The notes: generated from the sequence alone by a model not told the origin. DNA of 64,000 nucleotides from Eledone cirrhosa (GCA_964016885.1 CAXHJY010000769.1:1-64000), one strand, 5' to 3'; shown: positions 13,476 to 25,980, counted from the stretch's first letter. Program-made: numbers and translations.

Positions 13476-14990
13476 ACACTATTAATAATTATTAATGCAC
13501 TCGTGCAATGCCTGTGCGTGACGAATATTTTTAAAGTGAGGAAAGACTGTGCACTGAACCAATCCCACTCTCTGAGCGACAGTAGCTATAACCCGAAAAG
13601 AAGAAAAGATCAACATCATCGGTAACTACTGAGCCGCAGGTTTTATATCGGAGTTAACCCAGTTTCCTGAGATGCCTTCTCCTAGAAGAATACCCTGACA
13701 TGGGCTAGGGGTTCTTCACTCCCAGTGGTTTAACTGCGCGATCGGGCATCCAGCCCGATTATTTCTATGTCCCCGCGCAAAAAAAAAAAAAAAAAAAAAA
13801 TTACTTATTGACACTTATACGTACGACATACACACACACGCATACATATGCGTGCACACAGGAACACTCACACACACAACAAACACACACACACGCTACT
13901 CTACTCACTTACACGCACACACACACATATATATATATATATTACCGTCATTACTGATACAAGATTACCAGATTATGTCAACTGTTGACTTTCAAGAGTT
14001 TGTATAGTTGAAGCCGATCGTATTACAGTCCAGTATTACTATAATTGCTTTACAGCATAGAGTTATGGCTCTCCACGGAGTCAACAAAAGAGAGTACCAG
14101 TGATGCGCTGGCCAGTCGCTGGATCCGTGCCAAAAGCAGAAAAATTATTATTAAAGTTGTTCTTAAGGCCAGGTCGCTGGTGATGGTGATGGCGACGGCG
14201 GTGGCGGTGGTGGTGGTGGTGGCAGTTGATGTTGTTGTTCTGTTGTGTGTGTGTGTGTGTGTGTGTTTTGTTATTTTGAGTTTTTTTTTTTTTTTTTTTT
14301 TCCTTTCTTTTTTTTCTCCTTTTTTTTTTTTTTTTTATGAGGGAGCTTATAGATAGGACAACACACGCTGTCTCTTCGTGGGGTAAGTTTTTAATTAATT
14401 TTTGTATTCTGAAACATCAAAATACAACAATTTGTTGGTTACTGGACTCGGGAATGTCACAACAGAAGTTTGTGGAAGTTACACAAATATTTTAGTATAT
14501 TTTAGCAGAGCAATCCTTATTTATATTTTACATTTACTTACATCTCAATATAACATGGCTAGAATTCAAATTTTGCTAAGAGAAGAAAACGGTCAAATGA
14601 ACTAGATACATCTCACTGTCCACACCACCACAATAACGTCTACACTCTCTCCCCACCATCACATGTCATTACCATACCATACCCTATCGAGACTAAAGTC
14701 ATCGACCTGTTGTCAAACTCTCTACTCTCTGATGAATGTATATATATATATGTGTGTGTATGTATATGTGTGTATATACATCACTCAGTCAAACAACCAG
14801 ATTTCAACCCCAACATCTACAACAACAACAACACCGGCCCTAATGTTTACAGCAACAACAGCTTCAGAATGAACTGAAATGAACATTTACAACAATTACA
14901 ACAACAACAACAACAGCGGCATCAAAACATAAAAAAAGGAAGGGAAAAGAAAAAAGAAAAGGGAAGGGGAAAAAAAAAAAAAAAAAAAAA
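9590..14990 (-). mobile_element. RTE-clade LINE with C2H2 fingers, copy 1 (intact ORF, long 5' leader with its distal ~580 bp inverted)
   Basis: ORF 9828-13373. 3' terminal hairpin at 9590-9625. The leader is homologous to 30250-31545 of copy 2. Confidence 0.9.
9828..13373 (-). CDS. RTE polyprotein: APE endonuclease, RT, three C-terminal C2H2 zinc fingers
   Basis: APE motifs WNVRTL, LSETR, GDFNA, LDY, TDH. RT motifs DLTKAFD, KQGD, YADD. Fingers CSVC..HLRSH, CQTC..HAKVH, CRLC..HIRSQH. 1181 aa uninterrupted. Confidence 0.95.
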   Translation of the reverse strand: MMFQNNVNEIIANLGSGTKKIIGNKGRGPKLSQPGPARHRAIVIEPNRAFSLGCWNVRTLLDRDSLERPERRTALVAKELRRYDLDIVALSETRLAGDGHLTEFCGEYTFFWKGRDEGTRREAGVGFAVKTVLVNKLEEFPVGISERLMSMRVPLDKGRYATLVSVYAPTMNSVDEEKLSFYHALKGVLRNIPQADKVIVLGDFNARVGRDFNTWNVIGRHGVGKCNSNGMLLLQMCEELDLCVTNTMFQQKNKFKTTWMHPASKEWHLLDYVLVRMRDRQDVRCVRVLRGAECWTDHRLVRAKVNLITKRKIRAPGVTLPKRLNAARLKDKNVKRTLEEEMQAADLGEDWPTLKKSVYDVGRRVLGLVQRKHQDWFNEKDVHIDDLLADKRRALSRYLTARPQERNTLHEELRDVKSRVRRSLSQMKDQWWSEKAGEIQTASDCNNTKLLYSLLREVYGPSSSLVTPIRSKDGKELLRDSQGILRRWREHFDDLLNQPSVVSEDFLNLIPESPVKVALAEPPTLVEVAVAISKLNSGRSPGMDGIHAELLQYGGERLLQHLHSLFGRIWANESVPEDWRDAVMVVLYKGKGNRNDCGNYRGISLLSVVGKVLCRVLLDRLLTHIADCVLPESQSGFRVGRGTTDMIFSARQLQEKCIEQGLDLYQVFVDLTKAFDTVNRDALWKVLQKLGCPDKFLALVRSFHDDMKAWVNVGGNMSEPISVKNGVKQGDIPAPTLFAIYFAMVFCIAFRNCEHGVYIRYRTSGSIFNIRRFAAKTKVFTSVIRDLLYADDCDLVAHTESDMQHILNVFSDACTALGLTVSLKKTVVMYQPAPGRQYTEPNIYVYGKRLGVVDQFVYLGSTVNRYGNLDSEISLRIRKASDAFGKLERRLWGRRDICRRTKVKVYRACVLSCLLYACETWVTYRRHLKQLERFHQMCLRRIHGVRWRDHISDVEILESSMCDSIEALVLKQRLRWSGHLARMKDSRIPKQLFYGELVKGKRPPHKPKKRYKDSLKASLKDANISADTWENIAADRNKWRKTVYEGKVAFEASRIAHEKVKRDVRKGIAVALPDGEGPPMFLTCSVCARLCLSKAGLESHLRSHKVRPVVDYQAAVGDATHHACQTCGRECKSAGGLKRHAKVHELQPQPTIPSKCFGCRLCARHFGSLAGLKSHIRSQHC

Positions 14991-15013
14991 ACATATATAC
15001 ATACATATATATA

Positions 15014-15077
<64 letters not shown>

Positions 15078-15196
15078 CATATACATATATACATATATAT
15101 ACATACATATATATATACATATATATATAATTTAATTAAACACCTCAAATTTAAGAAGTATAAATCTATCTTTCAAAAGGACCTTGATTCCACCCT

Positions 15197-17348
15197 ATGG
15201 ACCTAAAAAAGTCTAAAAAAATCCATGTCCACTCGGACAAAACTGGAAACCTTTATCACATGGATATTGAAAATTACAATGAGTTCATATATAAAGAACT
15301 CAGGAAAAATTATAGAAAAACTAATAATGCGTCACTTACCAACATCAACAACAAAACACACAACATAGTGAATAAACTAAATATTGAAGATAGAACTGAA
15401 CCTTTGGCATTGAAAAGACCACATTTCAACCTGAAAGATCATAAATCAAACTTTAACTCTAATCCTTCTATAAGACTTATATGTCCCTCCAAATCGGATA
15501 TTGGAATAATTAGCAAAAAAATTTTGGATAGAGTCATCCCACAAATAAGAAAACATGTTAATTTACCACTCTGGGAAAACACTTCCCAGGTAATTAACTG
15601 GTTTAATAATATTAGATGTAAATCTTCTGCTTCATTTCTACAATTTGATATAGATAATTACTATTCTTCTATATCACCTATACTCCTGAACAAAGCTTTG
15701 ATATTTGCTAAAAATAGATCTAACTTAACTTTGGATGACATTAATATTATTACACATGCTAGACTAACACTTATTGAATTTCAGAATGAATACTGGACCA
15801 GAAACACATATAGTAATCTATTTGATATTACTATGGGTTCAAGCGATTCTGCCCAAATTACTGATCTTGTGGGCCTCTTTCTTCTTTTTAACATAAATGC
15901 TTCCTTTCCCCACCTTAAAGGTGGTTTATATCGTGACGACTGTCTTCTTCTTTCCAACAACCTTAGCCTCTCAGGAATAGAAAAAAACAAAAAGCTTATT
16001 AGAACTTTCCTTAAAGACTATTATAGTCTTGATATTACTTTTGAAAACACAAGTAAAGTAGTTAATTTCCTAGATATAACTTTAGACTTGGCTACGGGTA
16101 TCTACCAACCTTACCATAAACCCAACCAAAACTTACACTACATACACTCACAATCTAATCACCCTAAATCTATCCTTAAAAACCTTGCATATAATATATC
16201 ACTTAGAATTTCTAACCTTTCGTCTAACCAAGATGTATTTGATAAAAATGCGACCTTCTATAACGAAGCTCTAGATAGAAGTGGCCACAAAAATAGATTG
16301 GAATATATACCTTCTACTAATAACACTATAAACATACAACCTAATATTACCAACAAACACCAAATGAAAAGTACACACCTAAATGCCACTCACACTATAC
16401 CCCAAAATACCAACATAAAACCAAATTTCTCTAACTCCTCTAATATAAAGTATAGTAACTCTCAAAAAACTACTCATCATACAACTCTAATAAATGTTAA
16501 TAATAAAACTCCTAATAAACAAGCTAAAACACCTAAATCAATAAATCTAACTAAAAATGTGCATGGTGAGGTCATTAACATTAATCCTCCTAGTAAACAT
16601 CAGGATGCATCCTATAAAAACAATAAACATAGAAACCGTAATAGACGAGTTACTTGGTATAATGAATGCTCCATTTAATTTACAAATTAAGGATAATATA
16701 CCTAAAAAATTTGTTAATATCCTAGAGAAAAACTTCCCGCCAAACCACAAATACCATCAAATCTTAAATAGATCAACAGTTAAATTCTCATACTCAACAA
16801 CCAAAAACATAAAACAAAATATAAGTGCCTATAATGCATATAAATGTAAAAAAACCATAAGTATACCACCAATACATCAAACTAACCATAATATCTCCTC
16901 AAATACAGAATTAACGAAAGGTTGTAACTGTAGAAACAAGGCAAACTGCCCATTAAAAGGAAATTGTCTGGTTAACAACATAGTATATAAATGTAAAGTT
17001 AAAACTAAGGATTCTATTTGCTCATATATAGGAGCTACTTCTAACAATTTTAAGGTACGGTTTAATACCCACAAACATAGTTTTAAAAATGCCGCACTGG
17101 CCAATACAACATCTCTAGCAGAAAAAATTAATAGTTATAGAAATAAGAATATAGAATATGATATGACCTGGAGTGTGCTCAAAAGAGCCACCCCTTATCA
17201 AAATAATAGAAATGAATGTAGATTGTGTTCCCAAGAACTATTTGAAATAATGAAATCTAAGGATATCCTATTAAATAAGCGACAAGAATTAATTATATCG
17301 TGTAATCATAAACTGAGAAAAACATTTAAATATTATAAACCTAATTAA
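15197..17348 (+). pseudogene. PLE RT/GIY-YIG ORF broken by frameshifts
   Basis: ORFs 15197-16678 and 16557-17348 join if the duplicated AATG at 16661-16668 is removed (RRVTWYN-APFNLQIK). A second frameshift lies near 15195. Confidence 0.85.
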
Positions 17349-18400
17349 TAATATATTTTTTAGAAATTAATATATAAATTAATTTTAATGTAGTTAACCT
17401 ATAATTTTAATTTAATTAAAATTCTACTACAGATGAAATTAAAAAATATCGTATAATCATAAACTGTGAAAAACATTTAAATATTATTAACCTAATTAAT
17501 AATATATATTTTAGAAATTAATATATAAATTAATTTTAATGTAGTTAACCTATAATTTTAATTTAATTAAAATTCTACTACAGATGAAATTAAAAAATAT
17601 CGTATAATCATAAACTGTGAAAAACATTTAAATATTATTAACATAATTAATATATACTTTGGAAATTAATATATAGATTAATTTTAGTTTATTTAACCTA
17701 TTATTAAAATTCTTTTACAGATGAAATACAACAAAATATCGTGTAATTAATAACGGAGAAATACTTTTTAATATTATAAACCTTATTAATATACAATTTA
17801 GAAATTAATATATAAATTAATTTTAATTTAGTTAACCTATAATTTTAATTTAGTTAGCTTATAATTAAAATTCTAATACAGATGGATTGCAGAATATCAT
17901 GTAATCATAAACTGAGAAAAACTTTTAAATATATACCTAATTAATATACACTTTACAAATTAATATATAGATTATTTTTTATTTTAGTTAACCTATAATT
18001 AAAATTCTACTATAGATAAAATACAAAATTTTGCTTTAATTATTATAAACCTACTTAACATATACTATAGAAATTAATATATAATTTTTAATTTAGTTAA
18101 CCTATAATTAATATTCTACTACCGATGAAATACTTAATTTGGCTTTCCCTATTACAAAATTCATTTCCTAAAATTGATACCATCATGTTAATATATGTAA
18201 TTATTTTTAATTTAGTTATGCTATAATTAATACTCTACTACTGTTTAACTTCAAAATTCCGCTTTAAATATTATAAACCTAAGTAGTATACACCTTAGAA
18301 ATTAATATATTAACTATTTTTATTTTAGTTAACCTATAATTAATATTCTACTTATATTAAAATACATAATTTAGCCTTCTTTCTTACAAATACCATTTCC
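17296..18400 (+). repeat. Degenerating ~120-160 bp AT-rich tandem array derived from the PLE ORF terminus
   Basis: Unit start TATCGT(G/A)TAATCATAAACTG recurs near 17296, 17447, 17598, 17737 and 17895, with increasing divergence. Confidence 0.85.
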
Positions 18401-18414
18401 TAAAACCGATACAA

Positions 18415-18870
18415 CTATGTAAACACATATAATGTTTTGACTGCAGATTAATATTCTATGTTCCTTGAAACCTATATATTTACTATTTCCCACTAATAAT
18501 TTTAACCCCCCCCCCAATAATTATTTGTATTTGTAAGCGTGGATGTATGGATGTGTATGTAAGTGTGTATGTATGTTTGTGTGTTTGTATGTGTGTATAA
18601 AAATACATATGTGCGCATGTATATATATGTGTGTGTACTATGTAAACACATATAATGATTTAACTGCAGATTAATATTCTATGTTCCTTGAAACCTATAT
18701 ATTTACTATTTCCCACTAATAATTTTAACCCCCCCCCCCAATAATTATTTGTATTTGTAAGCGTGGATGTATGTATGTGTATGTAAGTGTGTATGTATGT
18801 TTGTGTGTTTGTATGTGAGTATAAAAATACATATGTGCGCATGGAAATGTGTGTATGAGTGTATATATAT
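18415..18870 (+). repeat. ~225-bp tandem duplication
   Basis: CTATGTAAACACATATAATG...CCCCCCCCAATAATTATTTG...GTGCGCATG occurs twice. Confidence 0.85.
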
Positions 18871-19152
18871 ATATATATATATGTATGTGTATATATATGT
18901 GTATGTATGTATGCGTATGTATATGTATTTGTAGAGATGTGTGTATGTATGTGTATGTGTGTGCATATGTGTATGACTTGTGAGGGAGCAGAAATATATA
19001 TGAAAATATATTTCTGCTCCCTCACAAGTTGAGCTTATTAAGTTGTGTGTGTTGGACTGTTATTTCTATTTCTATTCAATACACACTTACCACGTTTGAC
19101 TAGCGGAGCACGAGGTGACAAATTCATCTTTCTGTGTGAACGTTGGCAAACA

Positions 19153-19256
19153 GTGTTTGTGGCATTTAATCAGAATCTCTCGCTGATGAAGCCCAGGATT
19201 ATCTGTTACAAACACACTCAGGGCGAAACAGATTAGGGATAATCTGTCTGAGAGAT
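19153..19256 (+). ncRNA. Type I hammerhead ribozyme with loop II pseudoknot
   Basis: Stem I ATCTCTCG/TGAGAGAT, CTGATGA core, stem II GCCC/GGGC, GAAA, stem III CAGATTA-ggga-TAATCTG, GUC cleavage after 19248. 19153-19164 pairs with loop II 19204-19215. Confidence 0.85.
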
Positions 19257-19905
19257 ATAATGGTTATTGAGGCGGTTTGTATATTTTATCATTAAAATTA
19301 TACATTAAAAGTTAAAAATTAAAAAATTAAAAATTACGGTATTTGGGATATATTTTCAAAGGGCTGCTTCAACAGATACAACTTAGGCATAATAGATACA
19401 ATAATCTAAGTAACTTAAGTAATTCAATTAGGGAGCAATTCAAGGAGTTTATCAAGTTGGGCAAGATTAAAGAAAGTGGTAAATAAGTGGTAAATTTTCT
19501 TTCGGAAAAATTTTTTTTTTTTTTCTCTAGAAGGAATTTCATAGGAACTTTATATATTTTTTAGGGAAACTTTATATTTTTATTTTTTTATTTTATTAGC
19601 CTCTTAATTTTCTTCTAGTCTAGTAGGTTTATTGGAGCCTGTAAGCTTTATGCACTCATTGAGGGATTTTCTAAGGTGCTTCTACGGGACCCCAAGTCTT
19701 TTAGTTTAATGTTGATGCGTAAATTATATATTATTGTCTAATTTTTAAACTTCAATCCCTCACCCCGACAACTATTATAAAAGAGCCCCCTTAGAATATA
19801 GACCCCAACTATACAAGCGAAGTTGCTGATGTATACCACAATTTCAAACTGCTAGCCTTGAGTGATACGTTGATGTAAACAATGATCTTGCAATCACATG
19901 TTATA

Positions 19906-19952
19906 TGCCTTGATAAGTCCCACCATGGGGTCGGACGAAACGTCTGTCGGCA
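19906..19952 (+). ncRNA. Minimal type I hammerhead with U3-A8 core variant
   Basis: TGCC-TTGATAA-GTCC[loop]GGAC-GAAAC-gtct-GTC-GGCA, overlapped at its end by AATAAA (19952-19957). Confidence 0.72.
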
Positions 19953-20000
19953 ATAAACTTGTTATAATGTCATAATAGTTCCTTTGTTCTTTTTCACTTA

Positions 20001-20096
<96 letters not shown>

Positions 20097-20139
20097 TATA
20101 CATACATATATATATAGATATACATACATATATATATAG

Positions 20140-20186
<47 letters not shown>

Positions 20187-20190
20187 CATA

Positions 20191-20248
<58 letters not shown>

Positions 20249-20303
20249 TATACATACATATATATATATACAAACATATACATACATATATATATACATA
20301 CAT

Positions 20304-20875
20304 ATGGTGGCTGCCAACTCGTTTTTGATTACGGCCATTACTTTATATCCATGTAGGAGAACCCCTACCAATGCGCTGAACGAGTGTGACTTTTTAGTCC
20401 AGCCAGCGACTTGAAAACTCTGGTACAAAGACTACACTTGTGACCATTATTGACACATAGTGCTGGGCCCATGGTATCATGTGAGGACAAGTGCAGAGAG
20501 ATCTCCAGATATAAAGCAATGCCTGTGCCATGAAGCTTTTATAGTGAGCAAAGGCACTGCACAAAGCCAGTCCCACTCTCTTAACCAAGATGATATTTAC
20601 CAAAAAGAAGAACAAGTCAACATCATTGGATACCATCAGGGTTGCAGGTGTTATATCAGAGTTTTCCTTCTCCTAGAATTCTGCCTTGACAAAGGCTAAG
20701 GGATCATCTCTCCTGGTGATTTTGGATGGCCATTAACTCTTAAGAGCCCCTTTGCCCTTTGACAGGTTTTGTTTTTAGTCCTGCAGGATGTCCAAAGTCA
20801 CCCTCCTCACCAAGAAACCTTGGTGGGGTTGCCAGTTTAGTCACCAACGACCCGACCATGGGACAGGTTGTACTG
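20304..20875 (-). mobile_element. Non-autonomous bipartite RTE derivative (RTE 5' UTR fused to last zinc finger and 3' end)
   Basis: Shares 5' UTR blocks with 13505-13720 (GCAATGCCTGTGC, CCCACTCTCT, CCTTCTCCTAGA). Has the finger remnant [16 protein letters not shown] and the RTE terminal hairpin. Confidence 0.85.
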
Positions 20876-21000
20876 ATTCTACAGACTAAACATTTAAGCA
20901 CGCTCACGCCTATATATACATACATATATACATACATATATACATACATATATATATACATACATACATATATATACATATATATATATATACATACATA

Positions 21001-24000
21001 CACCACCATAGTCTATTCGACCAATCAAACCTAGCATGCCATTTCCACTGCTGCTGCTACTACCTGCCTAACTAACTCTCTCCTCCTCTGGCGCATCCCA
21101 ACACACCCTGCCATTACCCCACCACCACTGTTCTTCTAGCCCTCAATTTTCCCACCGTTATGGATGGATGAGCTGAGAATACATTTGAGCAACTCTGAAT
21201 CAATAGATGAAATATGAATCTGCGAGCTACCAAGCACCCACGTGAAGCGCCAACACAGAGACCCTCCCCTACGAGTGTCAACAAATGCCCAAAACTCCGA
21301 GTTGGTACCATCAATGTAGGCTCAATGAAAGGAAGAGCAGGAGAAATCGTAGAAATGCTAGAGCGAAAGGAAGTTGATGTATGCTGTGTGCAAGAGACTA
21401 GATGGAGAGGAGGGTCTGCTAGAGTCCTTGTAGGAAAAAGCCAGTGCTACAAATTTTTCTGGGTGGGAAATGACGATGGGATGGGTGGTGTAGGTATACT
21501 ATTAGCTGACAAGTGGGTAGATAAAGTAATCTCAGTGTACAGGGTAAATGCAAGAATCATTAAACTCAGACTAGTCCTGAATAAGACAATTACCACAATA
21601 ATATCAGCTTACGCACCCCAATCGGGGCTGCCAGACGAACTTAAGGATAGGTTTTACGAGTCCCTAATACACACTACTGCTCTAACAGACGACAAGGACT
21701 TCCTAATCATTGCAGGAGATTTTAACGGACACGTAGGTAAACACTGCGACGGCTTCAATAGAGTACATGGAGGCCATGGAGTTGGCACAAGGAATGAGGA
21801 AGGATTCAGACTTCTAGAATTCTGCGACGCCAATGACATGTCGATATGTAACACAAACTTTAAAAAACCCGACAACCACCTGATCACCTATAGATCAGGG
21901 GAGCACTCTAGTCAGTTAGATTTTATCCTCATCAGAGGACGTGACAGATGGACGGTCGTAAACACAAAAGCCTTCCCTAGTGAGGAATGTACATCCCAAC
22001 ATAGCTTAGTTGTCAGCGACCTCACGGTCAGAACTAGACGAACCCGGAAACAGAGGCCAACCTGGAGAAGAAAGATCTGGAAGCTGAAAGTCCCCTCAAC
22101 CAGTAACAGATTTAAAGATATTTTACTCAACGCCTACGACAGTAAAGAAGAACAGATAGAGACATTTAACGTAGAAGAGAACTGGGAGTTCCTAAAAAAT
22201 AACTTACTAGAGGCGACGGATGAGGTTTGTGGCTGGAGTAAGACCTCAAGCAGGAGGAGAGTGACTTGGTGGTGGAACAATAAGGTAGATGAAGCAGTCA
22301 AGGCCAAGAGACAGGCATGGAAAGAATGGAAGAACGGGGGGAGCAGGGTACATTACATAGAGACCAAGAGGGAAGCTAGGCGACAAGTATACTTAGCTAG
22401 GAAGGAAGCAGAGGATAGAAAATTCAAGCATGTTTTACAACGTGAGGACCAGAAACAGGAGGTATTCAAGATTGCGAGGCAGTGTGTCAGAGATAGTTGT
22501 GATGTCATTGGAGAGAAGTGTATCCGGAATGATAAAGGTGAGCTTGCCCTCACAAGTGCTGAGAAGAAAGATGCATGGAAGAGTCATTATGATAGATTAC
22601 TAAATGAGGAGAATGCATGGGAAGAAGAGACCCTACCCCATGTAGACCCTATAGAGGGACCAGCAGTACAAGTCAGCGGCAGCGTAGTAAGTAAGGCAAT
22701 CAGAGATATGAAGATGGGGAAGGCAACCGGTCAATCGTGTATAGCTGCCGAGATGCTGAAGGCATCTGGGTCTGTAGGTCACACTATAACCACACGTATC
22801 GTTAACCAGGTAATACTAGAAGGGGCCATACCAAAAGATTGGTGCAGTAGCATCATTGTCAACTGCTACAAAGGTAAAGGCGATGCACTAGATAGAGGAA
22901 ACTATAGAGGTATAAAGTTGATAGACCAGGTCATGAAAGTAACAGAAAGAGTTATAGCACAGCTGATTAGGGACCGGGTGAATATAGACGAGATGCAATT
23001 TGGGTTTGTACCAGGGAGAGGCACCACTGATGCCCTCTTCCTTGTGAGGCAATTACAGGAAAAGTACCTAGCTAAAAGTAAGCCACTCTACTTGGCATTT
23101 GTCGACCTTGAGAAAGCCTTTGACAGAGTTCCACGTGCAGTAATCTGGTGGGCTCTTAGAAAACTAGGAGTAGATGAATGGTTTGTGAAAGCGGTACAAG
23201 CCATGTATAGGGGAGCAGTCAGCAAAGTTAGGATTAGCAATGAGTATAGCGAGGAATTTAGCGTACAGGTTGGGGTCCACCAGGGCTCTGTTCTTAGCCC
23301 TCTCCTGTTCATCATAGTCCTGCAGGCAATAACGGAGGAGTTTAAGACCGGATGCCCATGGGAACTCCTGTATGCTGATGACCTCGCACTCATAGCTGAA
23401 TCTATGGTAGAACTAGAGAATAAATTCCAAACCTGGAAGCAGGGACTAGAGAGAAAGGGCCTCAAAGTCAACATGACAAAGACTAAGGTCCTTGTAAGTA
23501 GACGAGAAAACAGAACCCAGATCCCCTCAGGGAAATGGCCTTGCTCAGTATGTAGGAAAGGTGTAGGTAGGAACTCCATTCTCTGCCCCAAATGCAAACA
23601 ATGGGTACACAAGAGATGTAGCGGGATCTCAGGAAGCTTAATTAAGAATGTAGGATTCACATGCAGCAGCTGTGCTGAAACAGCAAGCAAACAGCCACAG
23701 GAAACAAGTACCACCAATCTCTGGGAGGGCCCTGTAGAAACAGTAGACAGCTTCTGCTACCTAGGTGACCGAATTAGCAACGGAGGTGGGTGCTCAGAAA
23801 GTACAATAACTAGGGTAAGAACGGGATGGAAGAAGTTTAGGGAACTACTACCACTGCTAGCTGCAAAAGGCTTCTCCCTCAGAATGAAAGGCAGACTGTA
23901 TGATGCGTGTATCCGAACAGCGATGTTGCATGGTAGTGAGACCTGGGCGCTGAAGGTGGAAGACTTACGTAGATTAGAGAGAAACGAAGCCTGCATGCTC

Positions 24001-24632
24001 CGATGGATGTGTAACAGTAATATACGTGAATGACAAAGCATAAAGGAATTGAGAGAGAGACTGAGCATAAGAGGAATCAAATGCTGCGTGCAGGAGAGGC
24101 GGTTACGCTGGTATGGACATGTGATGCGTATGAAGGATGACAGCTGCATAAAAAGGTGCAGAGCACTAGAAGTTGATGGAAACCGCGGAGTGGGGAGACC
24201 CAAGATGACTTGGGATGAGGTGATAAAAGCCGACCTTACCCAACTACACCTCTCAAAGACAATGACACACGACCATGACTTCTGGTGTCACGCAGTAATA
24301 CAGGGTACCCGACCTCCCATGGTTACATGCTGAAGCATATAAACAATATGCCCCCACTCCCCTCACCGCAAGGTGGTCGTGGAGGTGCCACGGCAAAAAA
24401 GCACCCAGCCCACACTGTAAAGTGGACGTGTAGGCGCCACGAAAAAGCACCCAGCACTCACTGTAAATGAGGTTGGTGTTAGGAAGGGCATCCAGCTGTA
24501 GAAATAAAGCCAGATCAGTTCCTGTATGAGCAAGGCATGGTCAGCCGACCAGACACTGCCCACAACAGGACAACCCGTCTAACCCATGCTAGCGTGGAAG
24601 AACGGACGTAAAACGGTGATGATGATGATGAT
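21001..24632 (+). mobile_element. Near-full-length RTE-type LINE, family 2 (PHD finger after RT core), with (GAT)n tail
   Basis: APE-RT ORF. 3' UTR ends AACCCATGCTAGCGTGGAAGAACGGACGTAAAACGGT(GAT)n. Confidence 0.9.
21214..24333 (+). pseudogene. RTE family 2 APE-RT-PHD ORF with one premature stop (TGA 24031-24033)
   Basis: Motifs INVGSM, VQETR, GDFNG, DLEKAFD, HQGS, YADD, CSVC...CPKC..WVH..C...CSSC. The frame continues as ORF 24049-24333. Other copies have a sense codon at the stop. Confidence 0.9.
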
Positions 24633-24640
24633 ACATATAT

Positions 24641-25050
24641 ATAATATATAAGATCAAAAGATGGTTAAAGGAGTTCCATGTATTTTATTATGCGCATTTC
24701 AAAAACAAACATCATCATGCAATAATATTTGTGTTTTCATCAAATAAAACAGGAGAACATGATATGAAGGCTAAAAAACACTTGTGGATAGTGCAGTTTT
24801 AAATCAACTGCACTATCCACAAGTGTTTTTTAGCCTTCATATCATGTTCTCCTGTTTTATCTGATGAAAACACAAATATTATTGCATGATGATGTTTGTT
24901 TTTGAAATGCGCATAATAAAATAGATGGAACTCCTTTAACCATCTTTTGATCTTATATATTATGTATACTCCAGTCCTACAAACTGTAGAGTGCTTCTTA
25001 TCCGATATCTGCATTGCTTTATTGTACTACAATAAAACTCACCTCCTACA
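24641..25050 (+). mobile_element. Fold-back PLE terminal fragment: 158-bp-arm palindrome (24641-24963) plus unique 3' tail
   Basis: Arms 24641-24798 and 24806-24963 are nearly perfect. The right arm contains a hammerhead. The tail ...AAACTCACCTCCTACA is shared with 33176-33352. Confidence 0.8.
24852..24924 (+). ncRNA. Type I hammerhead with palindromic minimal stem III (AUA site); mirror copy on the minus strand at 24680-24752 has C3U
   Basis: CTGTTTTAT-CTGATGA-[stem II CAAATATTATT/GATGATGTTTG]-GAAAT-gcgc-ATA-ATAAAATAG. Confidence 0.78.
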
Positions 25051-25065
25051 TATATATATATATAC

Positions 25066-25154
<89 letters not shown>

Positions 25155-25183
25155 CATACATATATATATATACATATATATAC

Positions 25184-25216
<33 letters not shown>

Positions 25217-25227
25217 CATATATATAC

Positions 25228-25274
<47 letters not shown>

Positions 25275-25539
25275 CATATATATATATACACACACATATA
25301 TACATACATATATATATATATACACACACATATATATATATACATACATATATATATACACACACATATATATGCACATATATATATATACATACATATA
25401 TATATATACATATATATATATACATACACATATATATATTCATACATACATATATATATACATACATACATACATATACATACATACATATATATACATA
25501 CATACATACATACATATACATACATACATATACATACAT

Positions 25540-25768
25540 ATGGTGGCTGCCAACTCGTTTTCGAGTACGGCCACTACTTTATATCCATGTAGGAGAACCC
25601 CTACCGATGCGCTGAACGAGTGTGACTTTTTAGTCCAGCCAGCGACTTGAAAACTCTGGCACAAACACTACACTTGTGACAATTATCGACACATAGTGCT
25701 TTGCCCTTGGTACCATGTGACGACAAGTGCAGAGAGATCTCCAGATATAAAGCAATGCCTGTGCCGTG
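25540..25768 (-). mobile_element. 5'-truncated non-autonomous RTE derivative
   Basis: Same sequence as 20304-20530. Encodes the remnant [25 protein letters not shown]. Confidence 0.85.
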
Positions 25769-25787
25769 AATATGTATACATACATAC

Positions 25788-25821
<34 letters not shown>

Positions 25822-25980
25822 ACATACATACATATATATATATACATACATACATATATATACATACATACATACATATATATATATACATACATACATA
25901 TATATACATACATACATATACATACATATACATACATATATATACATACATACATATATATACATACATACATACATACA

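Larger units (their letters stand above)
15128..19300 (+). mobile_element. 5'-truncated Penelope-like element (RT + C-terminal GIY-YIG) with repeat-expanded 3' region and hammerhead
   Basis: RT motifs DKT, FDI, ITMGS, YRDD, FLDITL. CNCRNKANC (CxCx5C) precedes IVY...YIG. Hammerhead at 19175. The 3' boundary is approximate. Confidence 0.85.

Noticed and set aside
14729-14735. CTGATGA as a hammerhead core
   Set aside because: No GAAA or stem III follows, and the motif is not conserved in the second copy.
20460-20699. Recurrent 70-80 aa ORFs in the non-autonomous element
   Set aside because: They recur only because the DNA is repeated. Start and frame vary between copies, and the sequence derives from UTR.
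20825-20875. HDV-like ribozyme at the 5' end of the RTE derivative (CCAGT...CTAAACTGG)
   Set aside because: P2 and J4/2-like pieces exist, but I could not build P1 and a canonical P3/L3.
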